Origin: Chiloscyllium plagiosum
Taxonomy: Eukaryota
Length of the DNA: 64,000 nucleotides
Reading direction: 5' to 3'
NCBI RefSeq assembly: GCF_004010195.1
Contig: NC_057719.1
Coordinates: forward strand, 48,992,723-49,056,722
A program made the position numbers and the translations under genes. The first letter of the stretch is position 1, and each line of letters starts with the position of its first letter. The notes beneath the pieces are model-generated. The model had not been told where the DNA came from. It saw only the letters and a program-made list of their open reading frames with translations, and searched no databases. Positions 49,622 to 63,222 of this stretch are shown in pieces.

Positions 49622-49838
49622 GAGCCACAGGGTCAGTTAACTCAGTTGGCTTGTTTGTAATGCAGACTAATGGCAACAGCATAGATTCAATTTTTACGTT
49701 GGTTGAGGGTTACCATGAAGGTTCCACCTTCTCAACCTTGCTCCTTGCCTGCGGTGTGGTGACCCTCAAATTAAACTCACCACCAGTCATCTCTCTTTAA
49801 TGAGAGAGCAGCCCTATGACCCAGGAGGAACTTTACCT
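49622..49838 (+). mobile_element. tRNA-derived SINE, same family as 13860-14078
   Basis: Head GTTAACTCAGTTGG...GATTCAATT and a shared body and tail. Confidence 0.65.
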
Positions 49839-49844
49839 TTTTGT

Positions 49845-50330
49845 TTATATAGACGATGTATTCTAACAAAATGTCATAAAGAAATTTACAACAAAATTTG
49901 ACACTGAACCACATAAGGAGATATCAGGACAGTAAAAAACGTATAAAGAATGAAAGGTTTTGGAGGAATGTAAAGAGCTTAGGGCCTTGTGTATGAAGAT
50001 ATAACTGCCAATGATGAAGCAATGTAAATTTCGATGGCAACAGACCAGAACTGGAGGAGTACAGGTACAGAGGGTTGGAGGAAATTACAGCAAAAGGCAA
50101 GGCCATGGGGGAACTAGATAGAAAAGATGAGAAATTAAAATCAAGGCATCGCTAACTTGAGAGGCAAAGTTGGCCAGCGAGCACCACAGTGATGGATGAA
50201 CGAGGACATGGGTAGCTAAGTTTCAAAAGTTATCTTAAAAGGTTTGAATGTTGGAAGTCAGTCAACAGTTTATTGGTATTGTCATGTCTAGAGGTAACAG
50301 AAGTATATCTGAGAGTTTTACCACTGGGTG
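49845..50330 (-). mobile_element. Decayed L2-like LINE 3' fragment
   Basis: TTTATATAG...AAAATTTGACACTGAACCACATAAGGAGATAT, similar to 430-1560. Confidence 0.5.
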
Positions 50331-50532
50331 ACAAACCAGAAGCTTTCATGTGCCAGCTCCCGATTGTCATCTCTACCCTAAATATTGTCTCAAAGAGCTG
50401 TAGGATACATTAAAAGAAAGTCAAAATCTGAATTAAAGAATTAAAGTATTTTTTTTAATGAAAGAAGCCTCTGTGCACTTTCCACCTCTACAATACAAAG
50501 ATTGCAAGGTCATTAAATAATTGAAATTCCGT

Positions 50533-50620
50533 TCTGAAAAAGGGTCATTGGACTTGACACACTAAGTCTGCTCTCTCTCTATAGATGCTGCCAAAGCAGC
50601 TGAGTTTCTCCAGCAAATTG
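50533..50620 (+). mobile_element. pLTR fragment
   Basis: TTCTGAAAAAGGGTCATTGGACTTGA...AGATGCTGCC...CTGAGTTTCTCCAGCA. Confidence 0.6.
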
Positions 50621-52707
50621 AAAGGACATAAATTGTTCTGACCTTTTTTAGCTGTATGCTGTATCTGGTTTCTTGGATCTCATTGAATCTGTCACCTAAT
50701 TATGGCCAAAGGAACTGAAAATGTTGAACAAGCATCATCATGAAATTTAAAATCCCAGTTCTTGTGCCAGATTCTGAATTTACTAATAAAATTTCAACCA
50801 CACCTTGATATCTTCATAACTGCTCTTTCTTAGAACAGAATTTATGGTTGAAATCAAATATGACGTGTGTGCTCTTGCTGATGTAGATTTTCAAAAACAC
50901 TAAATTAGGATTGAAGATGAAATATCATTTTTAGCTCCTGCACCCTGATATTTGAAATATAAAAGAGTTCATCACCTTTAGCAGAGCTTCTACCCAACAG
51001 GAAGGTAGAAGGACTTAGCCATTTCAAAACTTCTGCCATTCTGCCCCCCAAATCCAGACTGTATGATCTACAGAACCATGTTCTTACATCATTGCTCCAG
51101 CGCAGTGTAACATCAGTCATACTTAGCTTCTGTACAGCAGGTTAAAGCCCAAGTAGTGGCAAATTGAAGGAAATTATAGCCTGTAGCAAAATTCTGCAGC
51201 TGGGGACATCTGACCAGTTCAACTGGTGGCTTGAGAAAGGCACAGAGAGACAAAAGCAGCTGTCTTTATTCAAAGCTCAGGCTGCTGTAAGTGAATGACC
51301 TGAGCCTTCTGCATACAACCCAATGTCCTGATTAATTACAACTAATATGCTGTGATATAGAGAAACAGCAATGTTATCAATAATCCTTTAGCTCTGTCTT
51401 GCAATTTAAAATGACCAAAATTGTTGATAATTTGTATATCAAAATCACCTGTAATAAAGCATATGCATTTATTTAGACTCTGATACTGGCCTGAGAAGTT
51501 ATGTACTCTTAAAATTGATATACTGAAGGTTATAACACTTCGTAATTAAAATTCAATCAATTAGCCATTGTATTACAGAAAACACCTTAAACACAAGTTG
51601 TTGAAAAGTATGAACTAATGTTCAATAATCAGCATGCATGCAGCTTTAACTTCTGTCAGCTTAATTACTATTCACAATTTGCTGCTTAAGTGAATGCCAT
51701 TAATCCAATTTGTTTTACACATTTCTAAGGAACAATGCATGACCAACCAGGATTCATCTAAAGCATACTTTAATATTTTGGCAAGGAATGCTGCTTCTGT
51801 TCACGCTTTTCACCACCAGCTTTTCCTACGGGTGAGGACAAAAGAAAAAGAAGGACATTGTCCTCTTGATTAAGTAAGAGCTCATTAGAAAGAGCGGCAA
51901 GAGCCAAGGCCTGCATATGTATGAAGAACATAATCTGATCTTGCAACATACTGAAAAGGGAAAATGACAAGTGCTAAGGGTTCATTTAATTACTTTAAGT
52001 GGTTCAAGGCTGTTGGGGTAGAAAAGGCAACTGAAAGCATATAGTTGTACAGTACATCACTTGCAAAGGACCTGTAGGATTCACTCCTTCCACAATAGTA
52101 TTTTGTTCTTGTTCACATGAATGAAATGAAAATATGATGAATGTTACATCTGCAGTTGTATTTAACAAATCCATAAATGTCTTTTCTGAAAAAATACAAT
52201 GAACTGATAAAGCAACGCACAAAAGCATTAGAAACACAATAATTACAAAATCAAGAACTATAATGTATGGAATTAAAAAAATTGAATTTCAATCTATTTT
52301 GAAATTAAACCTATAAAGATTATCATGACCCTTTAATTCTGGCTTTGTGTTCCAATAATTGAAAAGCAATTGAATACACAGCCTTTATATACATTATGCT
52401 GCACCTTAAGTAATTGGCAGTAAAATATTGCGACTATATTGACACATAATCATGCATTTTACACAATTAAATGTCCACATATTATATATGATTTCTGCAC
52501 TGCATCATCTTTGAGTATTTTCTCTTCTATTGTTCATGTTTAATTTTCTTATGACATTCATCATTTCTAGCTGAGCATTTGAGTGGATGCAACCTCTGAT
52601 CCTCCTGCCCTCACTTTCACTATATCTATCTCACTCACCTACCCATACAAACATACACAAATACACATATTTCAAAAAACTAGCCAAAAATATCATAGGG
52701 CCTATTT

Positions 52708-52752
52708 TCCTCTCTTTCTGTCTGTCTGTCTGTCTCTCTCTCTCCCTCTTTC
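52708..52752. repeat. (TCTG)n/(TC)n microsatellite
   Basis: TCTGTCTGTCTGTCTGTCTCTCTCTCTC. Confidence 0.85.
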
Positions 52753-55700
52753 CTGGTCTTCCCTCATTTCCTCAGAGAAATACCAGGCCTTTAGGAGAAC
52801 CCACATTCTACCAGGTTTGCAGTGTGCAACATCTCTATATCCCTCCCTCATTCTCCATGACTCAGAGTACCTCGTATTTTTTCCTAACACCCCTTTCCAT
52901 CGTCATGTTCCTGCCAATATAATTTTCTAACAAGACATAAAAGAGTTTTCCACTTGCAGGGATTAATACTTCTGATTACTATCAGATGTTACAATTGAGA
53001 TAGAGAACTTATTAGCTATGGAAGACTGGACATGAATCCACACAGCATGTTGGAGAACCAATCCACAGCATGTGTAATGCTGTGAATCAATACATTGTCA
53101 ACAACAAAGAATTTAGAGCAGATCAGTTAGAAAACAATTTTTTTAGGTAATCATTTGAAAAGTGTTTCACAGTAATGCAGTGAAAAGGGTTATGTGGATT
53201 CACTATTAATAATGGAAGCACAAAGTGTTCTTTGGTCTATCAGGGGTCATGGAATATCAAGTGCACCTAATAAGGAGAGACAGTAGATTTTCAAGTCATG
53301 TTTTCAAGTCTAATGACTTTCACTGTAATGTGAAATGTTACTCCCTTATGTATTGTATTTGAATAATTTGGTCTTCTGTATTTTGCATTAATTTGTTGTC
53401 ATAAATTTGCTGACCACATGTAGTTTCAAATATTCTATGCCCAGAAGATGGTATGATAAGATATCATGAATATCATGGTGATTTTAAGAATATGTCAATT
53501 ACCTACTCTATTTTTCACCTATTCGTGGTATTCCTCCACATTTAAAAGGCTGTAACACAAAAGAATAAGAATTAGATTCAAGCCACCTGCATAACCTGTC
53601 ACAAGAAAGTGCAGTGGAAGTATTATGTGTCAATGAATGGGAATAATTTGTCTATTATAAATGCCATCTTTAGCTTTGCGAGCCATCAATGACTTTTACT
53701 TCTTCAATTGAACATATTGAATGTTCCTCCACTGAATTGATTTCCTATAAAGGAGGTGCTAAAATCTAGAGCAGTTCTTTTCACCTAATTAATAAACTAT
53801 GAGGAGATTAATGGCAAAATTCTTGACTAACAAAATCTTTCAAGAGGTTTATTATACATATATTTATATTAAAATAAACTGCAAAGCTTGACATAAAATT
53901 CAGACAAGCACTTTAGTAATGTGGTTTAATGTTAAGTGTGGATAAAGCTGCCTTTTTGTACTTGTTTTGGAATTCCTACAGTGAACTGTAGGTGTGAGAT
54001 TTGCTGGTGATTTATTAATTTTACTTTCCATCAAAGTGTCACCTGCAGGCACAAATATGTAGGCCTACAAAAATAATATTCATACAATAGAATAGAGCAT
54101 TGTATTAATTCCTGCAAAGGGTGCCAGTCATTCCAATAACTGACGCCACTCTACTCAGGAGCTCTAATAAGCACTGCTCCCTAGCATTATAATTAAAATT
54201 CAAAATTAAAAATTTTTCTCATACTTTGAAAGTCAGTACTACATCCAGCGGAAAACATTCACCAAAATATTGCCAAGCATTCAGTCCCCTGCTGTCATGC
54301 AGTACACTGACCCGATGGTTCAAGCAAGAAAGAGATTAACCAGGCAAAAATGTACAAAATAATTCTCAATTAGGTCTCTTTAATTCATGAATAATGTGTG
54401 GTGCACAACAGCTTCATGGATGCGAACAGGAAAGTCTGGTCACTTCATAAGGGCTGATCAGCATTGTCACAGAGCTACTGATACCAGGCTACAGCCTTCA
54501 GAGCACTGGTGCCACCCACACATGATGTTTTGTCTATCTCTGCCATGGTGCCAGCAGGGAAATATTGCCCTATGTTATCTGAAGCCTTCGGAGTTATGGC
54601 CATTTTTGCAATTCGGACAAGAATTTTTTTTATATATCTGCTGTCATCAAAGCCTCACGTTCAGTTAAATCGTGGGAGGTGAAAATAGGTCAGTGCTGAT
54701 CCTTTTCACCCTCATCGCCACAGGTGTTTTTTTTCCCAACAAGAGGGTATTTGCTGCTTAAGGGGAAACACTATTGATGGCAAAATTAACAAGTTATCTT
54801 ATCAACTACCATAAGCCTTAAAGTCTAATTAATTTGGAGCTGATCAATTGCCTTGAATGAAGCATCGATTTCTCCAGCCTTTCAGGATATGAGATGTTAG
54901 CTTCAGTTCTTTTGTACACAAGGAAGCTAGGACAGAGCTTTACAAAGATGCTGAGCTAACTCATTTACCTATCTAGATTAATCAACCACATTATCTTTAA
55001 ACATTCTTTAATACATATTTATTTCAACGGATTAAAACAAAACAAAACAGAGCTTTTCAACCTCAGAGTCAGCTGATCTTCAGGGTGAACGGCAATGTTA
55101 CTGGAACGAACTTATCTCTTAAATCCAGTTGGCTGGCCTTCATCTTCAGATGCTGACCTGAAAAAGGTCAACTGCTCCTTTTTGTAAACAGCTGCTTGAC
55201 GGTTCTGGGCAAATGGACAGATTTCTACAAAATTCTTGTGAAGCCAGATATCATTTTGTACACCTTTAATTCTCTTTTGCTGTATGGCAATTGGATGCTT
55301 GGTTCAAGGTGCAAACAGCATTAATACCCATTTTAAACTCTTAGCAGGTAAGTAAAATGATTCTAGCATTTCATCAGGTAGGACACGGACACCTACCTTG
55401 CATTTGAATGGTAATTTGAGGATAGAAGACGAGAACCGTATCAAGCCAGTATAAAATCACTCATTCAGGCCTTTTAACATTTGATAAAGAAAGATGAACT
55501 AAGCAGAGCTAACTCCTTACTAACCATAATGGAATACTCTGCACATGAACAGTTTACGCAGGAAACAGAAAATACCTTGGGAGACCATATTCAGTGAAAA
55601 CTGTCTCAAATCAATTAGAATGGGAATTCTATAAATACATATTAGCTAAAATGCAATTGCTGTCAATTTTGTGAACATAAGAGACCAGTATCTACCAAAT

Positions 55701-56699
55701 TTAAAGGTTGCTTAGAATAATCAAATGACACAAAAATCTATTCTTTATGTTACTTTAAACACTTTATTTCTTGTAAAACACATTCTTTATCTAAAGTGTG
55801 TATTTTACTATAGATAGAGCTTACACTGGGGGAGCAAAGAGCTTTTCATTTCATAATTTAAATTGAATTCTTTTTCTACAAAGCTACAGATTCTAGTTTT
55901 ATCTTCTTTCACTCTGCTTAGTTTTCTCATGAAAGTACAATTCCTGAGCTAATCTGTTTGTCAACTCCAATGGGCTACTCTGTCGCTGTACAGAAGCTCT
56001 TTATTGAAACGGAGCTTGGACAAAGTCTTGTTATATTTGTAGGGTCTCACTACTAACAACTCCTGCTCCTTCAGCAAGAGCTTATTCCAATGTAAATACT
56101 TGCATAACGTTATGAACCATTGTTTGGCTTATATGAATCAGTCACCACTTCGATGCATTTAAACTTCAAACATCTGAGAGAAAGCAGAGATCAATTGTCA
56201 AACTGTCTACTTGTTAACTTTCAGATTTGAATTGATATTACTGAAAAAATTGGTAAGCTCTATGCAACTTAATGTTTTACAATGAGCTACCATAAAGTTT
56301 ACAATGAAATCAATAAAGACCGCAAAGGGAAATATTATCAATATATATAAAGTAAATAAGTTATATTCTGTGTTGTGCAAATTATAAGATAGGTTAGGTT
56401 ATATTTGCCTACATCACAACAACCATCACACTTCATGGTAGATGCATGTATGCGAAGTACTTGGAAACATTTCAGAGAGGCTTCCATTTCATCAGCATAC
56501 TGTTTGTTGCATTCAATATCCACATCCTCCATCACTGGCCAGCTGTGGCTGCAGTATGTATCATCTACGAGATTAAGTGGAGCAACTTCTCAAGTTTATT
56601 TCAACAGCTGTTCCCAGTTTTGTAAACTCTATAACTAAAATACACAACGGTAGAACACTTCAACGCTATAAACTATCCCAAGCTCTCCATTCACATAGA

Positions 56700-57050
56700 A
56701 ATCCAATGGTATCAAGATCTTGAGACAATTCATAACTCTATGTTAGACACCACATCCAGACATTAACTTCTTTGTAATTATTTCTTCATCTATAGGTTAA
56801 ATCTAGAATTCCTTACTAGGTCTATTGTTGGAACACCAAAACTTAAGGACTGCAGTAGTTAAAGTTTAGTTTATCATCATCTTTTTAGAACAACAGGGCA
56901 ATATGTAATAAATTCAATTTTTGCAGCATTTCCCACATCTCAAGAACAAATAAACATAATAAGGTGCCACAAGCTGCCTGAACTGCTGTGCTCTTCCAGC
57001 ACCACTAATCCAGAATCTGGTTTCCAGCATCTGCAGTCATTGTTTTTGCC
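56700..57050 (+). mobile_element. Decayed LINE 3' end followed by a pLTR fragment (about 56972-57050)
   Basis: GGACTGCAGTAGTT...CCCACATCTCAAGAACAAATAAA, then GCTGCCTGAACTGCTGTGCTCTTCCAGCA...CAGCATCTGCAGTC. Confidence 0.55.
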
Positions 57051-59904
57051 ACATTGATGAAGCCTTTCTCCAACTGGAGAGATATTCATTTTATTTTCTT
57101 CTCCTGCTTTCTTTCTCCTATTTAACTTTTTTGAATCCCAATTGCATCTTCACCAAATTTCTTATTTTTTGTTGTGGAGAAAGGGTGATGAAATGAGGGG
57201 AAGTGGCTGTGGGGACATAGTCATCTCTCCAGGAGTTGCTTTGTGCACTGTGGAAATTAAGGTTTTGTCACTTCTTCTAAACTGACGTTGTTACATGCCT
57301 TTATTATCTGGAATTGATTGTCTTGCAATTAATTTTATCTTCACTTCAGACCATTCTTTCTCAGCTTGTGTTTTGCCCCCAACAGCACCTCTACCAAATT
57401 CCCTACTATTTCTCCTCCTTTGCCAGCCAAAATGAGCAACCATTCCCTGTGGGCATTGCAAACTGTGGCATCTGTTGAGACTGTGATATACAACTCAGAT
57501 CTAGTGAAAAGCTCAATGTGTTAACTTCTGGGCCATTCCATTTTACCAAACAAGCAATTATTAGATACCTGTCACAACATTTTAAAAACATTTTTCTGCA
57601 CTGTCTGAGGATATCTAAAGTTGCAATTCAGTCATTTTCATAATTTAAATCTTCAATCTGTGTATATTACCATGTTTCTCCATATCCTGAACTATCAGAG
57701 GACACCAGCCCAGTAAGCAACAATGTAATCCTAAATGCTCCTTGATTTGCTAATCTGTATAATAATGGAGCATCATTTAAAATGAGACAAGCTACTACCT
57801 GCTGTTTTCTCACTTGCTCTCTTTTTTTTCTCTCAATTTAAAATTCTGTGGCTTTAATGTTGCTCCTGCCAAATTAATTAAACCATCAGTTTTCATTTCC
57901 AGTAGCTTCACTAATGTTCCCACCTGAAGGCTTTTCTGTGGACTGAACTGTGATTATTGATGCTTAGTATGTCGTTTTCCCTGATAACCAGTTGGTCTCT
58001 TGGGTAAGGAAACCCCAGAAGGGGCTTTCCACAATGAAGGTGCTAAATTCTGTTGACAGGTTCAATTTTCTTGGCATAAACCTCCCCACCTCCCCCATTA
58101 GCTGGGGGCTACCTTCTTTATAACTGCTTGATGGTACCACAAATCCACATGGTGTAGTATTAGCCCGAAGAAACACTTGACTATTTGCATGCAGATTACA
58201 GCCAAATGAGTGCTTAATGAGTGCATATAGATGACAGAGGAAGCACCTGATTGCATAGTTACTGCAACAAAAACACTGGGGAAAGCAAGGCCTCAACTCT
58301 ATTATCATTACAATACAATCAAGTACAGCAGTCGTGGTGAAAAAAAATCCTTTCTATTATAGCTGCTTGCCTCATTCTAGCCTCTGTAGGTCAGCTGCAG
58401 GACTGATAACCTTTCCTGCAGACAAATACATTTCGAATTGGCTCATCTAATTAAAAGCTCAGGGAGATGTTGAAAATACCAGCACATTTAGTCGAGCAAA
58501 TGAGTACTCCTTCCAACTAATGAAGCCAATGTGGTATGTCGTTACTGTTTGCTCTAGGAGGAAACTGACTCACTTAACATTTCAATAGGTTAATCAATGG
58601 ACAAATTAAAAGGAGAAACTGGCTAACTCATCAGAAGCCAGCTTCCAAAACAATTAGTTCATCACACCATTAGCTACACTTTCTAAATGCAGGAACTGTG
58701 TATTGATGAGTCAAGGTTACGTTCTCTGCATATGGAACAAAACTCTTGGTTTAGTTCTTAAAGCAGTTTGCTTTTACTGTTACTTCTATTCAATATTTTA
58801 GGATGAAGTAGTTACAAAACTGAATGTGGTGAGCAGCTATACATGTACACCCTAATTCAGAGAATGTAAAATGTAAGATGTATTATTGTTGCACGTAATC
58901 AAATAAAATGTTTATTCTTTCATCTATTTTTATTGTAGAAAGAAACTTGGATTATTAGCTTAAATAATGGATCCTCTTGCAATAGTTAGCATTGTCGCAT
59001 ATTGACTATAGTTCAGTTTGATTTGGATTTTCTGAAATCCCCAGCTTCCTCCAAAGTAAACAGAACAGTAAAAAAAACCTATCCCTCGTGGTGACATCTC
59101 TCATTAAACCTTTCAGCAAATAAAAATTCATTAGGCAGGATTTCAGACACAGATGCCTATACAGCAAACTCCAGATCTTATAGGTGACAACTACTGTTCA
59201 TTCGGGATTACAAATCTTCCCAATATGTGTACTATTGTCAACTGCTGCTGCAATCTATAAAGGCATATTAAATTCTGGCAGAGATATACTGGAAACAATG
59301 ATTCATCTATTTCTGCAGTTTATTTACAGAAGACTTACAGGCAAAATTGTACTTAGAAAAACGTATTGAAGCCAAGTAATTCTCAAAGCACAGTTTGAGG
59401 CATTAGAAAGGTTAAAAACTACTTTAAATGTACATCTATACACTTATAAATGCTCACATTTGCTTGCCCTCTGGAATAATTTAGTAAGTAAATTTAGTAA
59501 ATAATTTACCAAAAATGCACAATCCATGGCGTGAGGTAATATCTGTTAATTTTTTAACATTTTAGAAGTATAAATAAAATGGGAAATTTTCCCTAACTTT
59601 CTTCATTTGTTTTATGTTTGCTGTCTGATGTTTGGGACCATGGAAGCTAAGCCCAAGCCCATTCTTGATTGACATACATATACGCACACCACTATAACCT
59701 AGGTCTGGATGTTCGGGTAAGAAAAGGAATTGAGATGGCAAACTTCCTGATCCAGTAGACCTTCCTCAGTTTGAAAAGGCACTGCCTGGAATATTTTTTT
59801 CTTTCTGGAGACTGGAGTCAAACCAAAACAGGCAAGGTCTGAGGTAGGCAGGTGGTGAGTCTAGCAGCTGGACACACTACCTCTGTTTACTGGGTTACGT
59901 GATG

Positions 59905-60242
59905 CTGGATGTCAGGCTGTCAAAGCCTCTTAGTGCCAGGGAACCAGGTTCAATTCCAGCCGTGGGCGACTGTGTGGAGCTTACACATTCTCCCTCCATT
60001 TACACATTCCTCCGGGTATTCCGGTTTCCTCCCACAGTCCAAAGATATGCAAATTAGGTGGATTGGCAATACTAAATTGCCCTTAGTGATCAGGGATGTG
60101 TAGGTTAGGTGGATTAGCCATGGGAAATACAGAGTTAGGGGGATAGTTTGGGGAGTTGAGACTAGGTCGGATGCTCTTCGGAGAGTTGGTGCGGACTTGT
60201 TGGGTCGAGTGGCCTGTTTCCACACTGTAGGGATTCAATGAT
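59905..60242 (+). mobile_element. Diverged HE1-type V-SINE
   Basis: B box GGTTCAATTCC, V-domain and tail GGCCTGTTTCCACACTGTAGGGATTC. Confidence 0.85.
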
Positions 60243-60461
60243 CCAATTAAATCCTCATTTACAACAGGAGAAGAAGGTGGATTGCTTTGTTGGTTTTCTA
60301 TTTGGGACTGGAGTTTGCTGGTAAATTATGGCTACTCTCAGAATCATACCTACTAAAGGGACTCAACTCCCCCAAGCTGGTGGGGGAGAGGAGAAAGCAC
60401 AGAGATGGGTGGGGGTGGGATTTGCTGTTGTTGTTAGAGATGTGAGGAATTGAACTGTGAT

Positions 60462-60960
60462 AAGAACAAAGAAAATTACAGCACAGGAACAGGCCCTTTG
60501 GCCCTCCAAGTCTGCACCAATCCAGATCCTCCATCTAAACCTTTCATCTATTTCCTAAGGGTCTATATGTCTTTGCTCCCTGTCCATTCATATACCTGTC
60601 TAGACACACCTTAAATGATGCTATCGTGCCCAACTCTACCATCTCCGCTGGCAAAACATTCCAGGCACCCACCACCCTCTGAATATATCCACGCATATCT
60701 CCCTTAAACTTTTCCCCTCTCACCTTGAACTCGTGACCCCTAGTAATTGAGTCCCCACTCTGGGAAAAAGCTTCTTGCTATTCACTCTGTCTATACCTCT
60801 CATGATTTTATAGACCTCAATCAGACTCCCCCTCAACCTCTGTTTTTCTAATGAAAATAATACTAATCTACTCAACCTCTCTTCATTGCTAGCACCCTCC
60901 ACACCAGACAACATACTGGTGAACCTCCTCTGCACCCTCTTCAAAGCATCCACATTCTTT
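60462..60960 (-). mobile_element. CR1 3' end, different tail subfamily
   Basis: Minus ORF 60720-60953 LKRVQRRFTSML...LFSLEKQRLRGSLIEVYKIMRGIDRV. Confidence 0.88.
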
Positions 60961-61117
60961 TGATAGAGATGGAAAGATTGGGAATGCTATTTGCAGGCTG
61001 ATGGCAAGACCTGTATTCTGCTCCTCTGAAAATTCATGGCAATGGGGTTTGAAATTTTCGAATTCAGTCTTAGCCATCATTTTTAAATGGCTCCTGAGTT
61101 GGTCTGCCTTTTTTTTC

Positions 61118-61326
61118 AATTCATGTGATGTGGAAATGTTGGCTAAGCCAACATTTGTTGCTCATTGCTAGTTATTCTTGAGAAAATTGTGGTGACCAAT
61201 CTTCTTGAATTGCTGCACACTAGGTAGATACCCCCCAGAGTCCTTTTGGGGAGCGAGATCCAGAATTTTGATCCAGGTCCATTGAAGAAGTAACAATGTA
61301 TTTCCAAGTCAGGATGGTCTGTGGCT
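61118..61326 (-). mobile_element. LINE 3' end, family of 1-258
   Basis: TTCATGTGATGTGG...CATTTGTTGCTCATTGCTAGTT...CTTCTTGAATTGCTGCA. Confidence 0.6.
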
Positions 61327-62056
61327 TAGAGTCATAGAGATGGAAATAGACCCTTTGGTCCAACTCATCTATGCTGACCAGATATCCTAAATAAATCTAG
61401 TCCCATTTGCCAGCATTTGGCTCATATACTTCTAAACCCTTCCTATTCATATCCAGATGCCTTATAAATGTTGTAATTGTACCAGCCTCCACCACTTCCT
61501 CTGGCAACTCATTCCATACGCGCATCACACTCTGCATGAAATAGTTGCCGCTTAGGTCCACTTTAAATCTTTCCCCTCTCATCTTAAACATCTGCCCACT
61601 AGTTTTGGACACCCCATCCCGGGGAATAAACCTTGCCTATTTACCCTATCTATGCCCCTCATGATTTTCTAAACCTCCATAAGGTCACCCCTCAGTCTCT
61701 GACACTCCAGGGAAAATAGTCCCAGTCTATTCAGTCTGTCCCGTTAGATCAAACCCACCAACCCTGGCAACATCCTTGTAAATCTTTTCTGAACCCTTTT
61801 AAAACATCATTCTTATAGCAGGGAGACCCCCAGAACTGAATGCAGTATTCCAAAAGTGGCCTAACTAATGTCCAGTACAGCTGCAACACGACTTCCCAAC
61901 TCCTACATACAATGCACTGACCAATAAAGGAAAGCATACCAAACACCTCCTTCACTATCCTATCTACCTGCAACTCGACTTTCAAGGAATTATGAACCTG
62001 CACTTCAAGGTCTCTTTGTTCAGCAACACTTCCCAGGACCTTACCATTAAGTGTAT
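61327..62056 (-). mobile_element. CR1 LINE 3' portion
   Basis: Minus ORFs LYWTLVRPLLEYCIQFW and VWNELPEEVVEAGTI; AGAGTCATAGAG tail. Confidence 0.9.
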
Positions 62057-62084
62057 ATCGGAATCCAATATCCGATCTCTGATA

Positions 62085-63222
62085 TCCGATATCAGGGTTC
62101 TTAGCAGAGGCAGTAATGCAGAGACTTGAACAAACAGCTCTGCCAATTATCTAACCCAAACTTTGGGTCCACTACATGGATGACACCTTTGTCATCACTA
62201 AACGAAACAAATTAGAGGAAATCTTCAAGACCATCAATAATATCCTTATTGGCATAAAATTCACTAATGAGGAGGAAAACAACAACAAACTGCCATTCCT
62301 AGATGTCACAGTAGAGCGAACAGCCAATGGGGAACTTCAAACTAGTGTCTTCAGGAATATGGATTAAATATTGAACTACAGAAGCAATCATCCCAACCCC
62401 CACAAATGAAGCTGCATTAGAAAGTTACATCAATGAGCCACCACGCACTGCAGCACAGAGGAAGTACGCAAAGCAGAGGAAAATCACCTATACAGCGTAT
62501 TCAAAAAGAATGGGTACCCAATGAACACAGTCCACCAATTTGTCAGCAACAAACCCAAACTAGCAGACAAAACCTGTCCAGAAACCGTAGCCATTCTCCC
62601 CTACATCAAAGACATCTCGGAAATGACTGGCAGACTACTGAGACATCTTCGTATCATGGTAGCCCACAAACCCACCAACACTAAAACAGCAGCTAATGAA
62701 CTTGAAAGACCCCATACAGACAACAAGCAAAATTAATGCCATTTACAAAACACCTTGCAAGAACTATAACAAACACTCCATTGGAAAAACAGGCAGAAAA
62801 CTAGCCACCAGGAGACATGAACATCAACTAGCCACAAAATGACATGACCCACTCTCACTAGTTTCCTTACATACAGATGAGGAAGGATACCATTTTGACT
62901 GTGAGAACACATCCATCCTACCGCAAGCTAAACAGTGATACGCACGAGAATTCCTAGAAGCATGGCATTCTAACCGGAACTCTATCAACAAACACATCGA
63001 CTTTTACCACCCGCTGGATCCCATTTACCACCCGCTGAGAAAAAGAACAGGAAATGACATCACCACATGAAATATCATCACAAACCCAAGGAAACATAAA
63101 CACATAAAGAGAAAGCGGGTCACTGGAGTGCTTCACTGGAGGCTCACTGATGACGTTACTTAGTGTGGTGACGAAATGTCTGAAAATGAACATTCCAGCT
63201 CAGCGAGCAAACTTACATACAC
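62085..63222 (+). mobile_element. 5'-truncated Penelope-like element: RT C-half, GIY-YIG and 3' terminal repeat
   Basis: Peptides PISGFLAEAVMQRLE, YMDDTFVI, IKFTNEEENNNKLPFLDV, ILPYIKDISE and AIYKTPCKNYNKHSIGKTGRKLATRRHEH. A hammerhead-like motif lies at 63144-63183. Confidence 0.9.
63144..63183 (+). ncRNA. Minimal hammerhead-ribozyme-like motif in a PLE terminal repeat
   Basis: TCA-CTGATGA-C-GTTAC(loop)GTGAC-GAAA-TG-TC-TGA, giving the core boxes, stem II and a short stem I. Confidence 0.6.
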
